Positions 24,879 through 37,749 of a stretch of 64,000 nucleotides of DNA are shown here, in pieces. Under the pieces are notes generated by a model. The model saw only the letters and a program-made list of their open reading frames with translations, made no database searches and had not been told where the DNA came from. A program made the position numbers and the translations under genes. This DNA comes from Dicyema japonicum. Lineage: Eukaryota > Animalia > Dicyemida. Location: positions 665,937 through 729,936 of the forward strand of contig RDEW01000030.1 of the NCBI GenBank assembly GCA_011109175.1. The letters are read 5' to 3'. Numbering within the stretch: the first letter of the stretch is position 1; each line of letters starts with the position of its first letter.

Positions 24879-25192
24879 TATTATTATTATTATAACCCCG
24901 GATACACCGAGAAAGAAGTTAAAGTAACCAACTAATTAAGTGCATCCAGTTTCCACTTCTACAGAAACAGAGTCCATCCGGAATCAGCATAAAGGGTAAG
25001 ACGTCCATTACATGCAGTTGTGGAAACCCCTCCAGTGGAGTGGGGAAGAGCAAATGATCCTTTTTCATGCCGGCCTGGCACTGGGCGTCACCTAGACAGG
25101 TGGATCACATGACGCCACTATATTAGGAAGAGAGAGGAGGAACAGACAAGCAAGCAAAAAATTTAAACCAATTAACCACGCAGCACCACATC
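24879..25192 (-). mobile_element. Short non-autonomous retroelement family A (structured core, terminal stem-loop, (TAA)n tail)
   Basis: 12-bp TSD ttggccctcgat at 24867-24878 and 25193-25204. Highly similar to 50711-51036 in the opposite orientation. Confidence 0.9.
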
Positions 25193-25328
25193 TTGGCCCT
25201 CGATGAGGCTGGAAAATGAGTGTTAATTTAATTACATTATTGATTGTTTTTTATAATAATTAAAAAAAATTCAAACGCATTAATTTTCAAATTATAAGTA
25301 AGACAGCTATTAAATAGTGTGATTTTAC

Positions 25329-26990
25329 ATGGAGGAGGCTGATTCGTGTAATCTATTTAAGCATTACCCACTCCATCATCATCTTTTGTTCAATCAGGTG
25401 AATATAGCACTCGAATTCTAAGTTTAGTTCAGACTACGACATCTTGATAAGGTCATAATCCGTAATTTGAGCATTGGAGACTTCTTTGATGGCAAAGATG
25501 ACACTCCTTCATGTTTTGTGACTATCCACATCCTCACTGGAGAAGATAAAAACGGTATTTTCAGGAATCTAATGTTTAGTCTTCCTCCGGAGTCCCAAAA
25601 CGGACAACATCACAGTAAGAAATTTTTTTCACCCTAGACTGTCGTCTGGACGCTGAAAACGAAGCAAATGGCGGCTCTTGGCAGGGATCTCTTAGAATCC
25701 GAAGGTTGGGATCCTCTTATTTTAGCGATTTGCATCATCCTATGGGGACTGACAAACGTGGAAGATGAGATCCCCCTTATTCGGTGGAAAATAAATCTAA
25801 GGAATCTCCAACCTTTGGGAAATGATCTGGTTTTGTTTTATTTCCTCATTTTCAGAAAAAAGTAATAAACATTAAAAATGTGGTTACCCTCAGACTCCGC
25901 GGCAACACATTCATGATGACCTCGGAGGTAATGGTCCCTTGTATTTAAGACACTACGCCCTCCAACAGTCTGCCAGGTTAATTTGACCGACATAAAGAAT
26001 TCTGCCGATGTAAATTCTACTTTTAGGTCAAATTATGACATATTTCAGACTTCAGTCGTATGTTCATTATATAAGAGACACCAAGGACAGGCTAACTGCC
26101 TTGTGGGAGAATTTGGATCTGCTCATGCATAGTCTCCCTAACGTATCTTTACTTTTAAGGTCTAGAACGCCTCTCTCCAGCGTGTTAGCCAGAAAGTGAG
26201 CCAATTGAACATCAAGTTGTCCTCAAGTCGTGATGCCCTGAACTATCAGCTAGCCATCCTAACCAAAAGGCAGCAGACTTTTAAAAGATTGGGTTTTGAC
26301 TGAAATTATTTTAAGAAAGAGTGCTTTCCAATTATAAGAGTGACCAAAATGAGACCATTCTCCTGTTAAAGCGGCACTTTTTAGCTAAAGTACCCTATTC
26401 TAGCCATTTTAGAACAAGGATAAGTATGCCAGGCTAACCATGTTGATAAAACGGATACAAGCCGTATTTATGGCTAATTTGGGCGATATTATGGACATTT
26501 CTAAGGTTTTTAACCTTAATACGACTATTTAGGGAAGCATTGGAAGCATTATTCTTGACAATGGCATCAGGAACGACAAACGTAGTGAAAGGGGTTCATT
26601 ATAGGTGTATGTGCTGCTGTCTATGGAAATTTTATACTATTTATGATAACAGCCGCCAATATTCTGCACGTGGAATACCCATACAAGCTAAACTACGACC
26701 CTTCCCTGTCATGTGTATCCTCACATGCCGCATATGAAACCACGCAGGATGATCTGTATATTTAGTGATTTATCCAGATACCCTTTATATTCCACTAGCA
26801 AATCGACAAGATCAAAGCTGGCTCAAGAATATTTGACGAAAGATATCTTCCACGTGCCCTATTGAATTATTGTTAGTTGAGACGGTGTGTGGGACTAAAG
26901 GATGCCTCGGATACGCCTTTTAAAAGCATTGTGAGCCTAATTGAGGAGTACAAACATATGGCTGAGATGGAAGGATACAAAACTGGGTAG
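25329..26990 (+). CDS. UVRAG: UVRAG/Vps38-like subunit of PI3K complex II, multi-exon
   Basis: LFNQ|FRLRHLDKVIIRN; ICIILWG..PLIRWKINLRNLQPLG; AANILHVEYPY; RYPLY..LTKDIFH|LRRCVGL match recalled UVRAG motifs (RRLRHLRNI, FVVKIWG..LLIEWKVCLDGLKYLG, EFPLY..LNKNIAQLR). Confidence 0.8.
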
Positions 26991-27459
26991 TATTAATATC
27001 CAGTTATATTTGTAGATATCGATCAGACGGGGGTGAAATTTTGAATTTACCTTACCTTAAGTTGAGGAAGAGTTACAGTACTTCTAATTTACAAAGTATT
27101 GGAGACTTCAAGCACGTGAGAAGGTGGAAAAGTGTAGATTATTTGAAAAATTATTAAATAAAAAAAGATATTGTTAATTCAAATAAATCTATCGTTCCTA
27201 TTTTATTCTTCGCTGATTGCCTTTACGTGGTGGCTTCATCATATTTCCTACACTTTTTTATTCTACTTTTTTAAACCCACACTTGAGGTACGTCGCTCGG
27301 TCTTAAGGAAAGACACCCAGATCGAGTTCCTCTGTAGGCATTCGCGGTGGTTCTGTCATTTTACAGTTGGGAGATTGGTAGAGCACTCGAGGAGAACCAG
27401 GGAATTAATGGAAGATTTATTTATTTTGTTAACCCCGAAATCACGAGAAAGCGGATAAA

Positions 27460-28200
27460 AGTTATCGTCTAAGTGATCCCGGTGTCCACACCAGTCCTGT
27501 TCTTTCGGTTAGTTTTGGAGTCCTGGATAATCTCCACAACGGGGAAGGTTTCTCATATCTCGGGCAAGAGTCCATATATAGTTTGATGTCCGGCCCGAGG
27601 GGATGGTCAGGGGACTTTGCCATCTTGAAAAAGTCCCTGTCACGTTCTGTAATGTATTCCATGATTGGGGGACGTTTAGTGTTTTCCGTAGTAACGAAGT
27701 GGACGTTTTTTTCGACGATCTCAGTAGTATTCTGAGACATCGGTTTTGTAAAACTTCCAGCTTTAACTTAATTAATTTAACATCTTCCTTGATAGGGATC
27801 TCAAATAAAAATGTGGTTCACCAATTTTGTAAGTTTTGGCAACGCCTAGAAGGCACATAATGCGCTTTCAAAAAGAAGCAAACATTTCCTCTCCGATGTA
27901 CTCTAACCTACACAAGAGGGAAGTTTTTGCAGAATTGTCCTTTGATGATCATGAATGATCCATCACAAAATACTCCCTACAACTTAACGACCAACTCCAT
28001 CGGACATTAATTTTTGTTCCCCCGCCTTGATTACGATGACGACCTGGTCTGACAGATATGAATCAAAAAATACATTAGTGTGCAGAACCTTTACCTAAAT
28101 GGCTTCACTTCCTTTTCACAGAGCGGCTGAGACTATATCAAAGGCACTATCTAGGGCAAGGTCAATTTCCGTAACGAAACATTACTCTAACTCCGCTAGT
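27460..28200 (-). mobile_element. Jockey/I-like LINE, decayed RT and 3' end
   Basis: ALDSAFDIV..DSYLSD; 3' end ggacaccgggatcacttagacgataac is shared with 14930 and 59725. Confidence 0.65.
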
Positions 28201-28989
28201 GGTTAGGACAAGATCCATTTGACTCAAGAAGGAAATCGTCTTTAATGACACACCGACCTTTAATGACACCGAATTTTTATTTGAGAAATAAAATTTTTCT
28301 AGAAACGAAGAAATACAGCTTAAAGGACTAAAATAACTTGGTTAAACACTTAGTCAATACGGAACCAAAAGTTCCCCCAAATTTGTGGATTCAAACTCAG
28401 AGTTAGGTCCGCATCCATAGAGGATCCGAAGATTCTTTCATATATCCAATGCTTCCTAGTCAATCATTTTACGCATTCACCCGTCATGTCGTTCAATACA
28501 GCCAAAAATTTAATAATTTAATTAAGCCAAAAATTTAATGAATTGTCACGTGAGTCTATTCTTTATTGAGATTGTTGCTAATTATGTAATAATTAACGGG
28601 ATGTCTAACGGGGACTTAACCCTCCCTCCAATTTATTTAATTTTTTCAATTATGTTGAAACGTTAGTTCAAAGCCAGATTCTTTAAATAAGGAGAACAAA
28701 GTCTCGGCCAATGATGGATATTTCCTACTTTTCTTCTATCAAACCTTAAGATGCTTCCTCAAATCATAAGATTAAAAGATAAGTGGCATACGAATGTCAT
28801 TTTAATAATCCACCGCAATCCTGAGGCCACTCTATTTTTCCTGTTTCGTGTTTATTTTGACTAATAAAATATTATCAAGCCTATTCCATGAGTAAATCAA
28901 TATACTGTACACTTCACAGCATATCAAGGCAGTTAATTTTCCAATTGATTGGCACATCATCAATATCAAACAATAAAAATCACTTCCGC

Positions 28990-30760
28990 TAATGTCAAGG
29001 TTAAGGTTTCAACCAACGTGATAGACCATTTTAATGGCTACACATAAATAGACATTAGAATACTAAATTTACTTAAAATTACAATTATTCGTTTAATATA
29101 ATAAAATTGGATTGCTTACGACGGATTCCTCCTGGGGAATTTTTTTTGAAATTATAAAATATAATCGATTACGTAATACGACGTTAAATACATCATTTTT
29201 AAATTCAGCCATCGACGCTGATTATAATGTACATTTCTCTCTTCGTTATATGTATGTTACGTGAGCATTCATTTATGAGCAATCCACTTATATAACTTGC
29301 AGATAATCTGGTTGCGGATATTACTGTATATCCTGAATATACCGTAACGGATCGGAATGTTGTTGGTTCAATTTGCCAAGGGTATCAATCCGACGTTGAA
29401 GTGAGATGGCTAAGAAACAACAAACATATTCAGCCAAAGTGATAAATTGTTGATAAATTAGTGATAAATATTGCCACTGGGTATTTTATCGCCAACAAAT
29501 GTTATTCTTAACATTGATGTAAACAACGAAACTGTTGGTGAATACAAGTGCATATCAGAAAAAACTAAGGAAGTAGCGACTTTCAGATTCGAGACTCCTT
29601 GTAACCCAATTTTGTAATATTTTAGTTTTTAATCGAATTTAAGAAATGTCACTCCACACAGGTTAACGCAAACGATGAGGCATTCCTCAACTGCTATGCG
29701 ATCTCTAATAAAGTGATTTCTCTGTATTTTGGAAGAAGGATGGCGAGATATTAGAAGGTATTAGACTATTCTAATGTTAGAAAATAAGAGATTTCTGGTG
29801 AGTCCACTAGGACTTCACATTTCAAATTCGAATTTGAATGACACTGGAATTTACACATTAGTAGTGTGGAGGCTGACAAATATACACAAACAATAGATGT
29901 CAGGTTGACCGTAATCTGTATTTTCCATCAAATATTCTTTAGTGAATCCAGTTATCTACTTTGAGTCTCGTGGATTAAAATTTGGCGATGATCATAATAT
30001 CTCATGTCAAGTACATTCAAATACAAAATTCGAAATGTACATATTAAACGCTGAGGATAAAAAGCCAGTATGTTTGGGTTTAAATTGTAGAAACAATCAA
30101 TTATCAGTAATAATTATGGACTTTACAATATCACACAATCCATTATTAATCTGGACAAAGCTGAGCCTTATACTATTATAATTACACGTGCGTCGTTATT
30201 GGAGATCGAAGTTATTTATCAAAAGAAGCTTCTTTTAATTTTATCAGTATGAAACTAATGAGGTATTTTAGATCTCCCAGAAAGGTGAACCTTACTGTAT
30301 ATGGAACCAATGTAGTTGGATCCTCCCGACGTGAATACTTTCAGATAATTGGTACGTTGTACAAATTGCTTCAAATGAACTTCCTTTGCCGAATTTAACA
30401 TTGAGTGGAAAATCTCACCATGTCGACATAAAGGCAAACGTAAGGAAACCAGGGACCTACGTCATTACAGTGTGGGCGGTTAACGATATCGGACGTTCAC
30501 TACCGTCTACTGTATCCATGGATATTTTTGGTTAGTGCACGTGGGTGATTGTATAGAATATAGTAAAGCTACCATGAAGAATAACACCACAATATATATT
30601 GTTGTGGGGTTTATTGGAGTAGTTGCTGCTTTCATAATTACTGGGATCATATTTTTTTTAAATCGGAAAAGAAAGTTAATACATCCTAATAGAATTGAAC
30701 CTCAAGTGTCGCTGAGATTTAATAGATCTGACGTAGATAATTCTCTTTATTTTATGTTAA
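28990..30760 (+). CDS. Type I membrane protein with Ig-like domains plus FN3, one TM helix and a short tail (NCAM/contactin/Robo-like architecture); start uncertain
   Basis: CQG..VRWLRNNKHI..LNIDVNNETVGEYKC; KDGEILE|NKRFLVSPLGLHISNSNLNDTGIY (I-set DxGxY); PGTYVITVWAVNDIGRSLPS (FN3 strand F); TM IYIVVGFIGVVAAFIITGIIFFL followed by NRKRK. Confidence 0.75.
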
Positions 30761-30814
30761 TCATCTTAATAAGAATTAACCACGTCGTATTTTATTATTA
30801 TTGTTGGCTCTTAC

Positions 30815-30950
30815 GATATGTCATAGGACGTGACAAAGCATGTGCAACAAGGAAATTAAAATTATTAGTTAGTTTCATTTTTGACTACTCATGCTATGTC
30901 TCGTAGCCTGTCAAGGTCCTCCCTGTTCTTGAGATGTCTTCCGATTACGC
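30815..30950 (-). mobile_element. RTE-like LINE tail (second subfamily)
   Basis: cataggacgtgacaaagcatgtgcaac..ttagttagtttc aligns with 17463-17520. Confidence 0.65.
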
Positions 30951-32241
30951 CGTATTTTGAGAAGATTAAATCTCACGCGCAAAAGTGGTTACAATGCATA
31001 ATCTGTTGAAAAAATAAAAATGGATTCAGTTGATTAGTAAAACAATTTGGTTTGCATCATTTGTCCATTTTTTACAAAAGAAAATTTACAAAAACTGAGA
31101 GTGATGCACAGTAACCAGCATTAAACATCATGGTGTTTGAGTATTTACAATACTTTTGATAATCAGCCTGGTCTAGCGATGGAATGAGTTAGTTTCATTA
31201 GAGACAGCGTAGTTTGCTCATGACTATACCTCCACGTTTGGCATTTATCTCTCGTTTTTCCATCTTATCTACTTTAGAAAAGATGTCATATTAAAAATTA
31301 TTAACCGCAGAAAATTTCAATTCAACCTCTTCCAACTTGGGGACTTTTCGTATGGTGCCTAATTTCGAGTTGATACTTAAAGTCTCGTTTTAAGATTCTA
31401 TAAAAATCACAATTTTTACCTCTTCTAACACAGAGACCTGCCTTCGTGGTCCCTTACCTCGAGTTGACTTCCAAATCTTATTATAACAATATTTTAATAG
31501 AAAATTGTCTTCTGCATAAAAAATCGATTGCTGACAAACAAATATAGATTGACATAAGTCTAAAATTACACAGTTAAAATAATTGAATAAAAAACATAAT
31601 GTAATTAACAATTAATTTACTGTAAATTTCTTGCCTCAGTGTCTCAAGGGGGGGTTTTACCCCACTCCGGGGTCAAACTGTAGTAATGATTTAATTTCGT
31701 AAAGAAAAGAAAAACTCCAAAGACCATGGTAGTAAAATAGTTCCAAATACAAGTCGTCATAAATTATGTAATATTATTAAAAATTGTTGTTATTTTCAAT
31801 GCATTTATTTTTCAAAAAAACTAATAAATAAATATAGTTAGGCGGAAAAAATCGTCAATTTAATATTGGAAACTCATGGGCAACTTTAGAGGTTATACAG
31901 GTCACAAATAAGTCAGGAATAAAAAATCCACTAAAAGGGGATGAAAATAACCAGAACCTTAAAGATGCTGATTCTGAGGAAATATTTATGCGGGAAATTA
32001 ATCTTCTCAGTTCTACTCAGAAAGAATTTTATGAGCAAATTGGTGATATATCGGTTTCTATGATCAATAAAGGTTCTAACTACATTAAAATCTCTAGTAG
32101 ACGAAAAAGCCGGACATGAATGGCTCGTTGAGTCATATTATGAGAATTTTGAACCAACTGAGCTGTATAATTCTCTAAAAATACTTGCAGTATTCAAACC
32201 CAGCCTAACACTTCGTCAAAAACCGAATTACACTTTTTCGA

Positions 32242-32890
32242 CGTTATTAAAGGTGGGAGGTTGTATTGTTGCAGAACAATCAAACTACACGAATGAAAGA
32301 GTTAAAACATCCCATTCAAGCCCTAAGAAAGATGTACTGCATATATTTAATAGTAGGCATCAAATAATGCGGACAAGGAGGCGACTTTGATTCAAATGGA
32401 TGATTCTTGTCCGAATCAGTCGGATTGTTCTGAAAGTGGAGGGTTTCCACCACCAAACAAAAAAATTGTAGAATAAACTGTTACCGTAGAAATCAGCGAC
32501 CACCGTTAATTTCATGGAAAGAGAGAGTACGATAAATTTGCAAGAACAGAATTCACTCTCCGTTACTAAAGGTGGAAGGTTATATTGTTGCAGAACAATC
32601 AAATTACATTACGACTGGGGGAGTCCAATCATCTTATTCAAACTCAAGGCAGGATGTACTTCATATATTTCATACTAGACACTAAATAATGCGGACAAGG
32701 AGGCGACTTTGATTCAAATGGATGATTCTTGTCCAAATCAGTCGGATTGTTCTGAAAGTGGAGGGTTTCCACCACCAAACAAAAAAATTGTAAAATAATT
32801 TGTTACCGTAGAAATCAGCGACCACCATTAATTTCACAGAAAGAGAAAGTACGGTAAATTTGGCGAATTTGCAAGAACAGAATTTACATC
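32242..32890. repeat. Tandem duplication with 319-bp period in a decayed coding-like region
   Basis: Units start at 32242 and 32561; central aataatgcggacaaggagg..aaaattgta is nearly identical in both. Confidence 0.9.
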
Positions 32891-33719
32891 GTTTCTAGGA
32901 GGTTCCTCAAATCAAGTAAATTAGCCTTAATATTAGTCAAAAACCCCACAATTTGTAAAATGCACAAAACTAAACGAGTCGACTCTGAAAGCGGTATAAT
33001 ACTTATAACAAACTCAATAGATTGATAAAGAACACGTGTCTACTCAAGTAAGGGTATTATAACTTAGCAGGTGCACAAACGAACTGTAATTATGCCTAGT
33101 TAACGCAGAAGTTAGGTGTGAACTCTTGTGCTAAGAAAAGTTCAAGGACTGCAAAAGTTGGTGAAAATTCGAAAATGAAAAAAAAAGTTATTAGAAATAA
33201 TCACCCACGTGGTTAATATTATAGTGAAGTTAGATATTATTGAAGTTATTATGATGAAGATTGCTAAAAAGTTTATGGATAGTTAATTATGGCTTATCGT
33301 TGATTTTGGTTAATATTTGATATTCACTTGACCTTGTTATTAAATATTTTTTCTTGACTAGTAGACCAACTCAGAGGGTTGAGATAGTAAGATGTGACCA
33401 CGTGGTTAGTGCTGTCATTCGCGTCGCATTTAGCTGTGGATGTGATTCCCACTTCGCTACATGCTTTGTTGAAACATTCCTGTCTGCACTTTGCTTTTCT
33501 CAATTTGAGACTTTATTGGACCCACCAAGTTAGAAGATGCCCAATTTTTGATCGGCGATTTTCCATTTTGGATGAATGGGCACCCAACTTCTTCATGATG
33601 ATCTAGAATGGGTAACGTAAAAAATAATTCACGGCACACATTAAAAAAATTAAATTTTTTCGAATACGTAAAAGTGAAGACAAAAATTGGTAATTTAATG
33701 GGCAAATTTTTATTAATAT

Positions 33720-35660
33720 AAAACAGCGACGAAACTGTTATGCCTGCGACACCTGAGGTGCTGGAACTACTCAGACATAAACATCCTTGTGCTTCGGAAG
33801 ATTACCGCTTCTGGGAAATTTGTCAAGGATGACCGTCACCAGGGGCGAAGTGCGACGCGGCATTTCGTCGTTTGCGGCGAGTAGCAGTGGAGGTATCGAT
33901 AGCTTGCGGCCGGGTCACATCAAGGATCTTACGGCGGAGGTTACTGCAGAAGCTGGCTGCAACCTTGTCAACTCAATTACAAAACTGGTTATGCGTATTT
34001 TAAACGGAGATATTCCTCCACGCAAGGGAGCTTCTTTTCAGTGCACATCTACTGACCTTCAAAAAACCTGAAGTGGGGTCCGCCCCATCCGGTCGGCAAC
34101 TATTTCAGACTGACAGCGAAAATCGCATGCAGCATTGTCTGTCCGAGAATATCTGAAGAATTTTCCCCCTCCAACTGGGGGTTGGTGTAAGGAACGGATG
34201 CGAGGCGGCAGTGCACGCTGCGAGGCGTTTTTTTGGACAGAAGACGAACAAAACCCACACATTGGAGTCAAGCTGGACATCTGCAATGCCTTCAATTCAC
34301 TGAGGAGGGATCAAATTTTCGAAACTACAAGCAAACGAGCCCTGGAATTATTCCACTCGTCTTCCTCGCTTACGGAACCAATTCTTCACTGGTTTTCGGG
34401 GACAAGATTATCTGTTCGGAGACCGGGTTCAACAAGGGGACCCACTTGGTCCACTACTCTTCGCTCTGGCCATCGATGAAATTATCCGCTCTATAAACAC
34501 ACAACTAACCTTTGGTATCTCGATGACGCCACAATTGGGGGGCCGTAGAAAAGTACACGAGGTTCTGTCACATGCCGTGCCGGCACTACGAAACCTCGGA
34601 CTTGAGATAAATATAAAGAAATCAGAGCTAATAAATATCACATACTCGGAGAGTGATTTCATCAACGTGTCGAGTCTTTCAACTCGGTACTACCTGGAAT
34701 TACTGTCGTACCCAGGGAGCGGACATACTTTCTTGGGTGCTCACTTGACAAAAAGGAACTGCGGAGCCATCTACAAACAAAAGAGGATGAACTCTCCAGA
34801 GTCACGGAGAAACTCTCCTTACTCGATGGTCATACAGCGTTCTCCCTTTTGAAGAATAGCATCGGCTTGCCCAAACTCCTAGCTCTCCGATGTTCTCCCT
34901 GCTTCAAACATCGTGACATCCTCCTGTCACTGGATAGGACACTGAGAAAATCATCTGAATTGCTCTAAACATCCACTTTGACGTGCCGAGTTGGAATCAA
35001 TTCAAGCTTCCTACACGCCTCGGAGGAACGGGTCTCAGGTCGGCGCTGGAGATCGCCTATCCAGCATATGTGTTATCGCTCTCAAGTGGTAGCCTTTTGG
35101 TCTAAGAAATCCTACGTTTTACAACCGGACTTTCTTGGGAAAAAATCTTCGACGAAGCTCGTCTCGAATAGTGTGAAACTGGTTTGGATATGCCGAACGA
35201 TCCTTCGAAGCAACGTGACTGGGATGAGATCTACTCCAAGAATATCTTCGACGTGCTAAAGTCTGAGGCCAACCAGCATCGTCTTGCATGCCTCGTGTCC
35301 GCAGCCAACCATGGGAGCGGAGCGTGGCTGGATGCACTCCCGTGTTCCTCCTGGGGACCCTTTGGACAATGACTGTATTCGGATTGGATCGCACAACGCC
35401 TGGGAGTTATGTTTGCGTCGAACACCAATGTCGCTGTGGAGGGATCGTCGATGCCAAAGGCTGCACCCGCTCTCGTGCAAAAGGAGTGCGGGCAGAGCAC
35501 CCCGCCATGCTGCTATGAACAACATTGTCATGCGAGCTCTTGAAGCGGCAGGCTTCCCAGTACTGGAGCCTGTGGGATTGGATCGCGGTCATAGGAAAAG
35601 ACCAGATGGGTTAACTATCTTTCCGTTCACTGAGGGAAAGTCGACTAGCACATTTCCTGC
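33720..35660 (+). mobile_element. CRE-clade LINE copy 1 of cluster
   Basis: SSGGIDSLRPGHIKDL; VKLDICNAFNSL; QGDP..WYLDD; CRCGGIVDAKG; EPVGLDRGHRKRPDG. Confidence 0.9.
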
Positions 35661-35889
35661 TACTGGAAAACTATCAAGACATTTATTGACGAAGCATCCT
35701 CATTTAAAGAATAAAGATATCTCTTTTATCAAAACAAATTGAATGCATCTACAAAGTGCAAGTTGGAAATGTCCAATTTTGCGAAAGACGACAACTTGTT
35801 GTGTTTCAAAGAAACGAAATTTTCTAATTTACAAAAATTTGGAAAACAATCTATGGTTACAGAGAATTGCATATTTGATTTCAATTTAT

Positions 35890-37360
35890 GAATAGAGAAA
35901 ATCACCAAACTTCCGCACTCACCCTTCATCCTATAGTATCTGGATGATGCGGTCCTCGGAAGTCCCCCGGATACTGTTTTCCGGGATTTGGAAATGATAA
36001 TTCCAACACTGTCGGATGCTGGACTGGAAATAAATTACACTAAATGCAAAATCTACAATTGATGACTTTCAGAATATAAGTATTCAAAAGCTTTGTCATC
36101 TTTCGGAAATTTACTGCCTGGAAGTATTTCCACACCCGATTAAGAACTTATATTCCTCGGATTCCCAATTTCCATGATTGCAATGGGAAGAGGTATACGT
36201 TAAAAAGACTGTTACTCGGAGAGATTCAGAACTGATTGTGTCTACTTGAAATGCATACAGCATTATTCCTCCTGAAAAACTGTTTCAACGTACAGAGGCT
36301 TGCATATGTCCTGAGGACTGCTCCCTATTTCACTCAGTGTGATCAACTCGCACAGATTAACGAGATCTTCCGTACGACAGCGGAACGTATCTTCAACGTC
36401 CGGTTCGAGGATTATTCATGGAAGCAAGCCACGCTGCCAGTGAGACTCGGAGGAATTGGAATTCGGAACCCTCTGGACCTTTCTCTCCCTTCATACCTAT
36501 CATCGCTAGTAGGCTGTAACTCCCACGTCAATAGGATTCTACACTCTCTACCTGAATTCTCTATACATGGACGCCAGCCATGCTCGTGAGGCCTGGAGCC
36601 GCACTTATCAGCTTTCACTGCCTTCTTCGTTCTTTCAGGGGGGCTTGGACGATGCTATATGCTGGAATTCTTTCAAAGATTTGCTAGTGTCATCTAGCCA
36701 ACATCGACGTGCCTGTTTGTTTTCGGGGCGTTTCCGAGAGCGGTGCCTTGCTCAACACCATTCCCATGGAGCTTTGGGTACCTTCCTGGATGATGAATGC
36801 GTCCGTATTGGGATTTCATTGCGACTGGGATTAAAAGTCTGTGTTCCACATCTGTGTCGATGCGGAGTCCAGATCGACTGTTTTGGCCTACACTCTCTCT
36901 CCTGCAGAAAGAGTGCAGGCAGATTTCCCAGACATATGACCTTGAACGAAGTCGTTAGGCGAGCTTTGGACGCCGCCGGACACCCTTCCAGGCTCGAACC
37001 AGTTGGTCTTTGCAGGCGGAACGGGAAACGACCAATCTTCCCTTTTGAAGCCGGAAAACCCCTTGTCTGGGACGTTACCTCCACGACACGTTTGCCTCTT
37101 GCAACCTACTCCAGACTGCCTCTGTAGCCTGTTCTGCCGCTGAGAAGGCTGAGATGAAACGGGAAAAATACGCGGTCCTACCCAAGGATTTTTTTGTTTG
37201 TTCCACTCGCCGTTGAGACGTCTGGAATTCTTCTAGGAATCGGATCGCTACACGAACAGGAACCCTCGTGAGCGCTGCTGGTTATTTGAGCAAATTTCGC
37301 TCACCATCCTGAGAGGAAATAGCCACGCAGTCAGGGCAGCCGCTATATAACCGTTTACTC
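35890..37360 (+). mobile_element. CRE-clade LINE copy 2 of cluster
   Basis: YLDDAVLG; WKQATLPVRLGGIG; LCRCGVQIDCFGLHSLSCRKSAGRFPRH; GKPLVWDVT; 3' ISLTILRGN. Confidence 0.9.
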
Positions 37361-37749
37361 TCTTTTCTTTCCTTAATAAAAAGTTAATATTTATAAAAAG
37401 CTGAATAAATTTACATTATCGCTACAAGAAAAAGATCAAACTTTTTATTTTGAACGATAAAGTGGCCTTAAAACGGAAAATCGAATTTTGGCGGTCATCC
37501 GTAAATAAAAATAACATCACATGCTTTGCCATTTTGCAACGTTTGTTAGAATAGAATAGATATAAATCCAGTACATTCGATTATATAATTTTTTTTTATA
37601 AATTAAAATTAAGGACAAAATATAATTCAAACAATTAAACAAATTTTTGATAAAATTTCAAATTTGATTTAATTTATATGATTAAATAATTCAAACAATT
37701 AGACATGATTATGGCCTTGTTCAGCTTGGGAATTGCCCGTATCACGGAA

